64,000 nt of DNA from an uncultured Pseudomonadales bacterium (GCA_964511345.1 CAZEEV010000001.1:72089-136088); one strand, 5' to 3'. Positions 9,970-19,355 are shown, counted from the first letter of the stretch. Notes: generated by a model from the letters alone, not told the origin. Numbers and translations: made by a program.

Positions 9970-11094
9970 TGGTTTATTAATTAAATATTTATCAAAAAAG
10001 ATTAAATCTTTTTGGACAGCTTCATTCCAATTGGGTTGCAGATTGTGATTAGCACCAAGATATTTATAAAAATCAATTTTAATTGGAGCCTTCTTATTTT
10101 CCGTGCTGCTATCGGTGGCTCGACGCTCATTTTCCAAGTCAACTTTAGTTAAAAATTCTTCCGTCCAGGAAACTAGAGCAGAATCATCATTGGTGCCGTG
10201 TTGAATTTGAATTGGTCCGTGCAACTGATCTAAGTGCTGAGTAATGGAAAAGTCAAAAACATCATAATCTTCTTCAAAAAGAGATAAATATTTGCGAGTT
10301 TCTTTACCTTCGTCTGCATATTCATCACTGAAATATAGAATAGAGTAAGGGAAAGGCGCTAAGACTGGCGCCCAAAGAGTAGTTGGTAAATTACTATTCA
10401 TAGCCTCCAAAACTGAGACAGCAATTTGTCCGCCATTGCTGTGTCCCCAAATGCCAATTTTGCTTGAGTCTAAAGTGATCTTTTTAATGGGAAAATTTTC
10501 AAGTTGGCCTAAATCTATTTCTGGAAAAGTTTGCACGGTTTTAATTAAATCAATAACATTAACTGTTTTAATAAATCTTGCTTCCCAGGTATCAGCCGGT
10601 TCAGAGTCGCTTTCACCGAAACCTAAGAAATCTGGGGCTAAAGTTACATAATTATTCGTAGCGAAAACCGAGGCAGCATTTTTAGTACCTAGACCAGAAT
10701 AATAATTTTCTATTGGAGCATAACCTCGCAGCATAATAATCGTAGGGTTTTTGGAGGTTTCATCAAATTTGTTATCAATTTTCAAGTTGAGAGCTCCAGA
10801 AATATTTTTTCCTTGACTTTCATATTTGAAAAGTAGGACATAGACGTTAGAATCTTTATCTTCGCTAATGATTTTTTCAACCTTCAATCCTTTTTGAGCA
10901 GTGAAATCTTTTAGACTGAGGTTTTTAAAAGAGTATTGTAGCAATGGCAGTGCTTTTTCTATTTTTATTTGTTCAGTGATGGTTTTTCCAAAAGGAGCTG
11001 ACTCATTTTTGAGATAAAAATAGGCAATCACAAAAGATAAACAACTAGTTAGCACTAATGACAAACAGATAAAAATGAAGTTTCTTGTTTTCAT
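9958..11094 (-). CDS. membrane-anchored alpha/beta hydrolase (S9-like peptidase)
   Basis: PDFLGFG, WGHSNGG nucleophile elbow, HGTND, ANH. Confidence 0.85.
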   Translation of the reverse strand: MKTRNFIFICLSLVLTSCLSFVIAYFYLKNESAPFGKTITEQIKIEKALPLLQYSFKNLSLKDFTAQKGLKVEKIISEDKDSNVYVLLFKYESQGKNISGALNLKIDNKFDETSKNPTIIMLRGYAPIENYYSGLGTKNAASVFATNNYVTLAPDFLGFGESDSEPADTWEARFIKTVNVIDLIKTVQTFPEIDLGQLENFPIKKITLDSSKIGIWGHSNGGQIAVSVLEAMNSNLPTTLWAPVLAPFPYSILYFSDEYADEGKETRKYLSLFEEDYDVFDFSITQHLDQLHGPIQIQHGTNDDSALVSWTEEFLTKVDLENERRATDSSTENKKAPIKIDFYKYLGANHNLQPNWNEAVQKDLIFFDKYLINKPLGS

Positions 11095-11141
11095 TTAATT
11101 GAAGTATAACAGTTTTACAGAAATTCTCCCAAAATTAATAC

Positions 11142-11169
11142 TTGCAGAAATACCAGATGATATTAAAAT
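11142..11169 (+). promoter_or_regulatory. sigma70-type promoter for the leader-peptide transcript
   Basis: TTGCAG (11142-47), 16 nt, TAAAAT (11164-69), 8 nt before ATG 11178. Confidence 0.55.
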
Positions 11170-11177
11170 GTTACAAC

Positions 11178-11243
11178 ATGTCAGTAAGTAAAAATTATTT
11201 CCACTTCTTTTTGGTCATTTTGCGCAAGAACGTGGTGGGGTAA
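11178..11243 (+). CDS. attenuator leader peptide MSVSKNYFHFFLVILRKNVVG (21 aa; not in ORF track)
   Basis: Tyr-Phe-His-Phe-Phe-Leu codon run lies on segment 1 of mutually exclusive helices; stop codon overlaps the antiterminator strand. Confidence 0.7.
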   Translation: MSVSKNYFHFFLVILRKNVVG

Positions 11244-11276
11244 TTTTGTTGCATTAAAATAAATAAAAACAAAAAT

Positions 11277-11305
11277 AAACCCCGCCTTAAGAAGCGGGTT
11301 TTTTT
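11277..11305 (+). terminator. attenuator intrinsic terminator
   Basis: AAACCCCGC-CTTAAGAA-GCGGGTT followed by a T-tract; its 5' arm ACCCCGCC can alternatively pair with GGTGGGGT (11234-41). Confidence 0.8.
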
Positions 11306-11436
11306 GTACTTTTGATCTTTAACATTAACTAAGGGTTGCCTCAGCCTTCAATTATTCGAAAGTTAAGGCAACCCTTTGTGGCTAGAGCAAAGCGCTCTAG
11401 TTTCGAAGGGAAAAATTTTTTCTAGGAGGAAAAACC

Positions 11437-11589
11437 GTGTCAACAAAGAAATCTTCCAAGAATCAAAGCAGAGAGATTAAAAAACAAAAGGGCCCCAGGT
11501 GCCCAGTTTGTGGAAAACCGCATATTATTAAAATATGCCCAGAATTGAAGAAAAAAAGAGGGGAAAAGAATGGCACGCCTCCCTCCTAG
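11437..11589 (+). CDS. 50-aa basic microprotein with CCHC zinc-knuckle-like motif (not in ORF track)
   Basis: AGGAGG (11424-29) 7 nt before GTG; MSTKKSSKNQSREIKKQKGPRCPVCGKPHIIKICPELKKKRGEKNGTPPS; C-x2-C-x3-H-x4-C. Confidence 0.75.
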   Translation: MSTKKSSKNQSREIKKQKGPRCPVCGKPHIIKICPELKKKRGEKNGTPPS

Positions 11590-11599
11590 AATCCAAAAA

Positions 11600-11627
11600 A
11601 CCTCCGACCCTATAAAGGGTCGGAGGT
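11600..11627. terminator. 12-bp GC-rich hairpin after the microprotein gene
   Basis: ACCTCCGACCCT-ATAA-AGGGTCGGAGGT perfect stem; the better T-tract is on the minus strand. Confidence 0.7.
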
Positions 11628-11664
11628 AAATCTTTTCAAATTTCAGTTATAATACTCGTTATCT

Positions 11665-13083
11665 ATGCAAAGAACTCTCATTATCGATTCACTTCAAAAA
11701 ATTGGTCAAACAGTTCGTTTGTGCGGCTGGGTAGACAGCAAGCGTGATCACGGCAAAGTGACCTTTATTGATTTAAGAGATAGAACTGGCAAAATTCAGG
11801 CTGTTGGTATTGGCGGCAAATTAAGTGATTTAAGCACAGAGTCGGTAGTAGAACTTATTGGTCAAATTAACGCTCGCCCAGAGAAACTAATTAATTCGAA
11901 CTTACCAACTGGTTCGATCGAAATTTTTGTTGAAGAATATAAAATTCTTAATAAAGCTAATGAATTACCCATTTTAGTGGAAGGTGATGGTTTAGATATT
12001 AATGAAGAGATGCGTCTCAAATATCGCTATCTTGATTTGCGTCGTGAGCGCATGCAAAAAATTATTCGCTTGCGTTCTAAATTTTATCAGGCATTGCGTG
12101 AACAATTAGAAAAAAAGGATTTTGTCGAAGTCGAAACTCCCATGTTAACTAAGTCTACTAAAGAGGGTGCGAGAGATTTTATTGTGCCTTCTCGTTTTAA
12201 TCCAGGGAAATTTTACGCTTTACCTCAGAGTCCACAACAATATAAGCAATTGCTGATGACTGCTGGTGTAGAAAATTATTATCAATTTGCGCGTTGTATT
12301 CGCGATGAAGATTTACGTGCCGATAGAGGTTTTGAATTTACTCAACTTGATTTAGAGATGAGTTTTGTCACCCAAAAAGAAGTCATGAACAACGTTGAGG
12401 AGATTGTTAAAAATGCTGTCAAAAAAGTTGGTGGTAAGCTTAAAGATGAAAATTTCCCAGTGATTGCTTATGAAGATGCCATTTCTAAGTACGGGGCTGA
12501 TAAATTTGATTTGAGAAACGAAGAAGAGAAAAAAGCCGGTATTCTAGCTTTTGCTTGGGTAATTAATTTTCCTTTTTTCAAAAAAGTGGATAAGAAAGAT
12601 ATTGCTGAAGTTAGAGATGGCAAGAGTGGCTGGACTTTCACTCATAATCCTTTTTCTAGCCCAATTCCAGAGTGTTTAGAAGATCATCAAAACGGTCGCA
12701 ATATTGGCAAAATTATCACTGCTCAGTACGACTTAGTTTGTAATGGTTATGAAGCTGGTGGTGGCAGTATTAGAGCTCATGATCCGGCAGTTTTAAAGAA
12801 AACTTTTGAAATTATGGGTTATAACGAGCAAGAAATTCAAGCCAGTGTTGGCCATATGTTGGAAGCATTCAAGTTAGGCACACCTCCACATGGTGGTATT
12901 GCGCTCGGTCTTGATCGTATCGTGATGCTTTTAGCTAACGAAAATTCTATTAAAGAAACCATTGCTTTTCCAATGAGTTCTTCTGGTCGCACTGCAATTA
13001 TGGATGCACCAAGTGAAGTTTCAGCTGAACAGTTAAAAGAGTTAGCTATTTCAATCACCCCTAATTTAGCTACAATGAAATAG
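11665..13083 (+). CDS. aspS: aspartate--tRNA ligase (bacterial type, short; apparently lacking the GAD insertion)
   Basis: RDHG..FIDLRD, RLKYRYLDLRR, EGARDF, FYALPQSPQQYKQLLM, PPHGGIALGLDR. Confidence 0.96.
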   Translation: MQRTLIIDSLQKIGQTVRLCGWVDSKRDHGKVTFIDLRDRTGKIQAVGIGGKLSDLSTESVVELIGQINARPEKLINSNLPTGSIEIFVEEYKILNKANELPILVEGDGLDINEEMRLKYRYLDLRRERMQKIIRLRSKFYQALREQLEKKDFVEVETPMLTKSTKEGARDFIVPSRFNPGKFYALPQSPQQYKQLLMTAGVENYYQFARCIRDEDLRADRGFEFTQLDLEMSFVTQKEVMNNVEEIVKNAVKKVGGKLKDENFPVIAYEDAISKYGADKFDLRNEEEKKAGILAFAWVINFPFFKKVDKKDIAEVRDGKSGWTFTHNPFSSPIPECLEDHQNGRNIGKIITAQYDLVCNGYEAGGGSIRAHDPAVLKKTFEIMGYNEQEIQASVGHMLEAFKLGTPPHGGIALGLDRIVMLLANENSIKETIAFPMSSSGRTAIMDAPSEVSAEQLKELAISITPNLATMK

Positions 13084-13985
13084 TGAAAAAAACGTCTTTT
13101 TTCTTGTTGCTAGTGCTGGTTTTTTCCTTGTCAGTGACAGTTTATTTGTGGTTTTTTTATCCACAAAGAATAGTTCAAAAATATCAAGTTGATCTTTATG
13201 ATTTAGACAACGTACCAGTTTTAAAGAGTAAAGAATTTTTTTTGGATGATTTATTCTTAAGTGCCACCGCGGTCTATGCAATTGATTTGTCTTCAATGAC
13301 CGTGCTTTATGAAAAAGACAGCCAAAAAGTTTTGTATCCAGCTTCCACTAGTAAAATGATGACAGCTTTAGTTGCTTTAGACACCTTTCCTTTGGAGAAA
13401 GATTTGTTGGTTGGTAAAGAAGCAACGATATCTGGAAATAAGCTTTCCTTAAAAGAAGGAGATTCGATCAAGGTTCAAGATTTGTTGGCAGCTTTATTGA
13501 TTTTTTCTGCTAATGATAGTGCTTATGTTCTAGCTAATAATGATGAATTTGGTTTAGATAACTTTATAAACAAAATGAATCAAAAAGCTAATTTACTAGG
13601 TTTAACGCAAACTCATTTTGTTAATCCAGCTGGCTTAGATGATCCAGGTCAAACCAGTACAGCTAGAGATTTAAGCATTATCGCTCAAGAATTATTGAAA
13701 CATCAACAATTGAAAGAGTTGGTCGCCACACAATACAAACATATTAGTGGTCAAAATTGGTCCTATGATTTATATAACAGCAATCAATTATTAGGCCAGA
13801 TTCAAGGTGTTGCTGGTGTTAAAACTGGGACTACAGAATTAGCAGGTGAGGTTTTAGTAACTCTAATTGAAAGAGATGGTCGCCAAATTTTAATTACTTT
13901 AATGAACAGCCAGGATCGATATCAGGATACGAGTAAGTTGATTGCTTGGATACTTAATAATTACGAGTGGAAAAAACTTGATTAA
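13083..13985 (+). CDS. D-alanyl-D-alanine carboxypeptidase (peptidase S11)
   Basis: PASTSKMMT (SxxK), SAND (SxN), GVKTG; N-terminal TM. Confidence 0.92.
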   Translation: MKKTSFFLLLVLVFSLSVTVYLWFFYPQRIVQKYQVDLYDLDNVPVLKSKEFFLDDLFLSATAVYAIDLSSMTVLYEKDSQKVLYPASTSKMMTALVALDTFPLEKDLLVGKEATISGNKLSLKEGDSIKVQDLLAALLIFSANDSAYVLANNDEFGLDNFINKMNQKANLLGLTQTHFVNPAGLDDPGQTSTARDLSIIAQELLKHQQLKELVATQYKHISGQNWSYDLYNSNQLLGQIQGVAGVKTGTTELAGEVLVTLIERDGRQILITLMNSQDRYQDTSKLIAWILNNYEWKKLD

Positions 13986-14003
13986 AACGGTTAGAATAGA
14001 GAT

Positions 14004-15089
14004 ATGCCAACTTCAGCTACCAAAAGTTCTGGTCCAAATTTAACTAACATTAACTATTTTGGTAGATTATTTGTTAAATATGGCTTGGCATTTCTGGTTT
14101 TCCTAATGGTGGGCAGGGTTTTATGGAATGCTTTTGTGAATTATTGGAAAGCCACTCATCCAGATCCACCACCTCCACCCACAGTTGGGTTTGGAATTTT
14201 GCCGAACTTAAAGCTTCCAATGCAGGAAGATAGTGATAAACCAAAATCTTATAGTTTAGAAATGGTTTATGGTTTGAAAGAAATTAATGATCGGGCAAAA
14301 GTTTTTCTCATCACTAAATCATCTGCTAACTTATTAGCAGATGAAAGAGTTAAGAAAATAGCTTCCACCTATGGTTTCATTTCCACTCCGGAAGTTATTT
14401 CAGAAGAAATTTATCGTTTTACCAAAAATACTCCTTTAGAAATGGGCTTAGAAATTAACTCTGTGGATTTTACTTTTTCGCTGCAAAGCAATTTTTTATC
14501 TAGACCAGATTTATTAACTACTATGGGTACATTACCAGAAGAATTTGAAGCAGTAGAGCGAGTAAAAAAATTTATTAGCTCAGCTGATCTCATGGGAGCT
14601 GATTTGGCAACCGCCTCAGGCAAAGTTACTTTTCTTAAATCAATTGGCGGAGAATTGAAATCTGCCTTTTCTCTCTCAGAGGCTAATTTTTTGCAAGTGG
14701 ATTTGAATCGTAATCCAATTGACCAAACTTATAAAATTTATACTGATCAGGGAGAAAAAGGGATCATTTCTGCCAAAATAGCTTCGGCTTTTTCTGGTAA
14801 TAACTCTATTGTAGAAATGGATTATGCCTATCGCCAAGTTGATTACCTTAATTTTGAAACTTATCCCCTACGTAGTGTGAAATCTGCTTGGAATTTAGTG
14901 CAAGCAGGAGATGCTTATATTATTAATGGCAAAAATCTAGAAGAAGCGGTAATTAGAGAAGTGGAGTTGGCTTATTATGATAGTTTTGACGAACAAAAAT
15001 ATTTACAGCCCATCTATATTTTTAAAGGCGACAACAACGTAATGGCTTTTGTGCCAGCAATTAATGCCAATTATTTAAGTAAAAATTAA
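14004..15089 (+). CDS. hypothetical membrane-anchored protein
   Basis: 361 aa; TM followed by PPPPPTVGFG..P; C-terminal LAYYD...YLQPIYIF. Confidence 0.75.
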   Translation: MPTSATKSSGPNLTNINYFGRLFVKYGLAFLVFLMVGRVLWNAFVNYWKATHPDPPPPPTVGFGILPNLKLPMQEDSDKPKSYSLEMVYGLKEINDRAKVFLITKSSANLLADERVKKIASTYGFISTPEVISEEIYRFTKNTPLEMGLEINSVDFTFSLQSNFLSRPDLLTTMGTLPEEFEAVERVKKFISSADLMGADLATASGKVTFLKSIGGELKSAFSLSEANFLQVDLNRNPIDQTYKIYTDQGEKGIISAKIASAFSGNNSIVEMDYAYRQVDYLNFETYPLRSVKSAWNLVQAGDAYIINGKNLEEAVIREVELAYYDSFDEQKYLQPIYIFKGDNNVMAFVPAINANYLSKN

Positions 15090-15120
15090 AGACTACCACT
15101 AAAGTGATAAAATACAGATC

Positions 15121-16560
15121 ATGATGAATCAAGTTCGTACCCGAATGGCTCCTAGTCCAACAGGTGAAATGCATGTTGGCAGCATGGCAACTTTGTTAAA
15201 AAATTATGCTTTTGCCAAAAAGTATGGTGGGCAATTTATTTTGCGCATTGAAGATACTGACAAACTTAGAGAGGTTCCTGGGGGAGTTGAAGCTATTCAG
15301 GCCATTATCAAACGCTACGGATTAGATTGGGATGAAGGCCCAGGCAAAGGTGGTGAATACGGTCCTTATATTCAATCAGCGAGATTAGATATCTATAAAA
15401 GAGAAGTCCAAAAATTAATTGATAATGGTCAAGCTTATTATTGTTTTTGTTCTAAGGAGCGCTTGGCAGAAGTCAAAGAACAGCAAATAGCCAATAAGCA
15501 AGCTCCTCACTATGATCGTCATTGTCGAAATATTTCTCAAGAAGAGGCTCAGCAAAGAATAGCAAGCGGAGAAGAATATGTGATTCGCTTGAAGGTTCCA
15601 GAAAATCAAGAAATTACTTTCACTGATTTACTAAGAGGCGAAATAACCTTTAATTCTAATTTAATTGATGATCAGGTTTTACTTAAATCTGATGGTTATC
15701 CAACCTATCATTTAGCAGTGGTAATTGATGATTATTTAATGAAAATCAGTCACATCATGCGCGGTGAAGAATGGATTAGTTCTACTCCCAAGCATGTTTT
15801 ACTTTACCAAGCCTTTGGTTGGAGCGTACCTGTTTTTGCTCATATACCGGTGTTTTTAAACCCAGATGGCAAGGGAAAAATGAGTAAAAGAAAAGGCATG
15901 GTTTCAGCAGCTTCATTTTTAGATCGAGGATATTTAGCAGAGGCAATGCTTAATTTTTTTATGATTCTTGGTTGGGCTAAAAAAGATCAAGAAGAAGTGA
16001 TTAGCTTGGAAGAATATATTCAAGAATTTGAGCCGAGTGATCTCAGTAGTAACAGCGTGGCCTTTGATATCAAAAAATTAAATTGGCTTAATGGAGTCTA
16101 TATTCGCAAACTAAGTCCTGAACAATTGCTAGAGAAAATTGCGCCATTTGTGCCTCAAGATTTTCCAGCGGATAAAGTCGCTCAAGTTTTGCCCTTAATT
16201 CAAGAGCGCTTGGTGACGTTGGCAGATTTTAGAGAATTAACCAAATTCTTTCATGGCTCAATTAACTATGAAACTGACTTTTTATTGAAAAAAGCTGATT
16301 CTAAGGAACTAGTGATTTTAGAAATAAACGAAACAATTCAAGAAATAGAGGCTCTTTCAGATTGGAACTTGCTTAAATTGGAAGAGAAGATAATGGGATT
16401 GCAAGAGAAAAAAGATTGGCATAGAGGTCAATTTTTTATGATGTTACGCATTGCTGTTACTGGAGAAAAAGCTACACCACCTCTTTTTGATACAATGATT
16501 GTTTTAGGTAAAGAGTTGGTAATTAGTCGTTTAAAAGAAGCATTAAACAAATTAAGTTAA
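15121..16560 (+). CDS. gltX: glutamate--tRNA ligase
   Basis: VRTRMAPSPTG..HVG, LRIEDTD, DGYPTYHLA, RGEEW, KMSKR. Confidence 0.97.
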   Translation: MMNQVRTRMAPSPTGEMHVGSMATLLKNYAFAKKYGGQFILRIEDTDKLREVPGGVEAIQAIIKRYGLDWDEGPGKGGEYGPYIQSARLDIYKREVQKLIDNGQAYYCFCSKERLAEVKEQQIANKQAPHYDRHCRNISQEEAQQRIASGEEYVIRLKVPENQEITFTDLLRGEITFNSNLIDDQVLLKSDGYPTYHLAVVIDDYLMKISHIMRGEEWISSTPKHVLLYQAFGWSVPVFAHIPVFLNPDGKGKMSKRKGMVSAASFLDRGYLAEAMLNFFMILGWAKKDQEEVISLEEYIQEFEPSDLSSNSVAFDIKKLNWLNGVYIRKLSPEQLLEKIAPFVPQDFPADKVAQVLPLIQERLVTLADFRELTKFFHGSINYETDFLLKKADSKELVILEINETIQEIEALSDWNLLKLEEKIMGLQEKKDWHRGQFFMMLRIAVTGEKATPPLFDTMIVLGKELVISRLKEALNKLS

Positions 16561-16564
16561 AAAT

Positions 16565-17377
16565 ATGACTGCCCGAGATAAATCACAACAAATTTTAGCG
16601 GGAATCGCTATGGCAGGACAGGTGGCGATGACTAGTCCGGCTATTTCCAATGTACCAAACAATCAAGTTTTAGACGAGAAATCTCGTCAGGTGGCTTTGG
16701 ATATTTCAGCTCAAGAACATCAAGAAATTATTGCCAAATTGAGTTCTTATGTTAATTCGCCAGCAGGTCATCTAGAAAGAGAAACTGAGCTCTATTTGGA
16801 ACAACAACTATCCGAAATCTTAGGTTTTAAAGTTAGGGCAGAATTAGAGGGACATCGTTTGAATCATAGCATTGGTATTATGGGTTCGGAGCAGCATTTA
16901 GCTCGTTTTCCTGGTGATCAAATTCAAGAACATGATGCTTACAGAGAAGCTGGTATGGCGCCTAATCGAGGAGCTTTTGGTTGGTTTACGGAAAATGGAC
17001 AATTAACTAAAGAAGGTATTTTAAGAGAAAAATATTATGTGGCGGTACAGTTAATGTATTTGCCGGAATGGAATCAAAGTCATCAAGAACTAAAACCATG
17101 GTATAAATTTCGTAAGATGATAGTTATTAATCCAATTGAACAAACTGCAGTGGTAGCAGCAGTAGCCGATGCCGGTCCCAGCATGTGGGTTAAAAAACAA
17201 TTTGGTGGTTCTCCAGAAGTTATTCGTGAAGCTAAGATTTGGAGCCCCAATAGCAAGGGGAAAGTAATGCTTTTATTTGTAGATGATAGCGAAGATGAAA
17301 TTCCGCTTGGTCCTATTTCTTTGGATTTTGCGACAGTCTTGGCTCGTAGTCAAAGTGATTCTCAGAAAATTATATGA
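16565..17377 (+). CDS. hypothetical protein, possible double-psi beta-barrel cell-wall hydrolase-like
   Basis: 270-aa ORF in operon; YYVAV and AVVAAVADAGP motifs; function is inference. Confidence 0.6.
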   Translation: MTARDKSQQILAGIAMAGQVAMTSPAISNVPNNQVLDEKSRQVALDISAQEHQEIIAKLSSYVNSPAGHLERETELYLEQQLSEILGFKVRAELEGHRLNHSIGIMGSEQHLARFPGDQIQEHDAYREAGMAPNRGAFGWFTENGQLTKEGILREKYYVAVQLMYLPEWNQSHQELKPWYKFRKMIVINPIEQTAVVAAVADAGPSMWVKKQFGGSPEVIREAKIWSPNSKGKVMLLFVDDSEDEIPLGPISLDFATVLARSQSDSQKII

Positions 17378-17769
17378 TCAAAACAAACCTTTTCGTTGGC
17401 TCTCGTTATTTAGTGGATCGTAAAAAGATTAAGTCCACTGTGGAAAGAGTCTTAAACGAACACAAAATTGATAACGCACAAGTAGATGTCTCTATTGTTG
17501 GAGCTAGGAGAATTACGACTCTTAATGAAAAACATCTCAAACATCATGGACCCACCGATGTTTTATCTTTCCCTCAACACGACAAAGGGCAATTGCAAGA
17601 TGTGCCGTTTCCAGCTGGAGAATTAATTCATTTGGGAGATGTGGTTATTAGTTTTCCAGAGGCAGTTAGAACAGCTAAGAGATTTGGCAAAATGGTTGAT
17701 CAACAAATTTGTTTTTATTTAGAACATGCGCTGTTGCATTTACTTGGTTATCATCACGATGATCACTAG
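17374..17769 (+). CDS. ybeY: rRNA maturation RNase YbeY
   Basis: PTDVLSFP, LGDVVIS, HALLHLLGYHH. Confidence 0.95.
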   Translation: MIKTNLFVGSRYLVDRKKIKSTVERVLNEHKIDNAQVDVSIVGARRITTLNEKHLKHHGPTDVLSFPQHDKGQLQDVPFPAGELIHLGDVVISFPEAVRTAKRFGKMVDQQICFYLEHALLHLLGYHHDDH

Positions 17770-17811
17770 TTTTCTTAAACATTGCTTTTTGATCTGTGAT
17801 AAACTCTAGCT

Positions 17812-19290
17812 ATGGCTTGGTATCGTTTGTATCGTCCCAAAAAAATTCAAGATCTCAACATTGGCTCAGTGAGAACTGCTCTCGAGCAAATGATGAAAAA
17901 CGGCAAGATTCCCCAGTCTTTGCTATTTGCTGGACCCAAAGGAACTGGTAAAACTTCCGCCTCACGTATTTTGGGAGCGATGCTTAATGATCCAGCTAAT
18001 GCCGATTTGGTGGATTATCTTTTTTTCAAAAAAGCTGCTCCTAAAAAAATATTTTTCCAAGAGCCTGATACAGACAATGAATTTGCTCAGAGGGTTTACG
18101 ATGGACATTCTTTTGTAGTACAAGAATTAGATGCTGCCTCCAATCGTCGCATTGATGACGTCCGTTTGTTGCGGGAAAGAATTAATTTACCTCCTTCTGA
18201 GGGCAAAATGATGGTTTATATTCTTGATGAAGTGCACATGTTGACCAATGAGGCTTTTAATGCACTTTTAAAGATCTTGGAAGAGCCACCTTCTCATGTA
18301 GTTTTCATTTTAGCCACTACAGAATTGCACAAAATTCCAGCCACTATCGTTTCTCGTTGCAGTGTCATTAATTTTAGGAAAGCCAGCTTGGACGAGGTTA
18401 AACAAGCACTTGAGAGGGTGCTCAAAGTCGAACAAATTAAGTTTAATGATGAGGATTTGGTAAAGATTGCCGCTCGCGCTGATGGCAGTTTTCGTGATGG
18501 AGTCAAAATTTTGGAAATGGCTTGTAAAGATGGCAAGCTTGACTTGGAGTTAATTAAGGATTTATTGGCCAGTGATAATGAGACTCATATTAAAAACTTA
18601 CTTGATTCGGTGATTCAAAAAAAAGAGCAGAATTTAATGCAAATCTTTGAAGAATTACGCGCGAATAATTACAACCAAAGAGACTTTTATAAAGATTTAT
18701 TTGAGTTTTTGCACAAAGATTTATTGTTAAATTTAGGTGTCGTTACAGGTGAAGCGCATTATGCCCTCAAAATTGACCAATTTTTCTTGAAAGAAATATT
18801 ATCTGTCGATCTGTATCAAGAAACACCAATCCCTTTTTTGGTATTAGAATTAAAGTTTTTGGATATTATTGAGCGTTCTAAAAAGACTAATCCTGCCGAT
18901 TCCGCCAATTTACAAAAAAAACATGAAGAGCCAGAGCCCACCGACAGCAAAAAAAAAATTCAAAAAAGCAAAATTGATTTAGAACCCAATGCGTTATGGC
19001 AAAAGCTCATTCAAGCCTTTGCTCCAGATAATTTTTCTCTTTTAACTTTACTTAAATCTTGCAAATTAGACAGTCTAAACGAGGGCATTGCGAAGGTTTT
19101 TGTTTACTATGCTTTTCATAAAGAGCAATTAGAACAGCGTAAGAATGTAGATTTGCTCAGCCAGGCAGCGAAAGAATTAATGGGAACCGAGGTTCAATTT
19201 AATTTTGTTCTTCAAGAAACAAATGACTTAGTAAACTCTCAATCCGCTGAACCAGATTTACTACTTGCGGCTAAAGATTCTTTGTTATAA
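17812..19290 (+). CDS. dnaX: DNA polymerase III subunit gamma/tau
   Basis: YRP, GPKGTGKTS, ELDAAS, DEVHML..AFNALLKILEEPP, SRC. Confidence 0.95.
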   Translation: MAWYRLYRPKKIQDLNIGSVRTALEQMMKNGKIPQSLLFAGPKGTGKTSASRILGAMLNDPANADLVDYLFFKKAAPKKIFFQEPDTDNEFAQRVYDGHSFVVQELDAASNRRIDDVRLLRERINLPPSEGKMMVYILDEVHMLTNEAFNALLKILEEPPSHVVFILATTELHKIPATIVSRCSVINFRKASLDEVKQALERVLKVEQIKFNDEDLVKIAARADGSFRDGVKILEMACKDGKLDLELIKDLLASDNETHIKNLLDSVIQKKEQNLMQIFEELRANNYNQRDFYKDLFEFLHKDLLLNLGVVTGEAHYALKIDQFFLKEILSVDLYQETPIPFLVLELKFLDIIERSKKTNPADSANLQKKHEEPEPTDSKKKIQKSKIDLEPNALWQKLIQAFAPDNFSLLTLLKSCKLDSLNEGIAKVFVYYAFHKEQLEQRKNVDLLSQAAKELMGTEVQFNFVLQETNDLVNSQSAEPDLLLAAKDSLL

Positions 19291-19297
19291 TCAATAC

Positions 19298-19355
19298 AAT
19301 CTTTATCCTTTAACATAAGACACGTTTAATGGTCTTAGATTAAAGGATAAAGATT
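19298..19355 (+). promoter_or_regulatory. long hairpin at the predicted 5' end of the ybaB mRNA
   Basis: Perfect 16-bp inverted repeat AATCTTTATCCTTTAA/TTAAAGGATAAAGATT plus inner TAAGAC/GTCTTA; begins 6 nt after TGT-TATAAT (19286-91). Confidence 0.6.

Noticed and set aside
11178-11665. T-box riboswitch controlling aspS
   Set aside because: No TGGNACC T-box motif or specifier stem; aspS has its own TATAAT, and the leader-peptide model fits better.
18962-18968. AAAAAAG in dnaX as an E. coli-type -1 frameshift site
   Set aside because: It is not phased as A_AAA_AAG in the reading frame, and no downstream stem-loop is evident.
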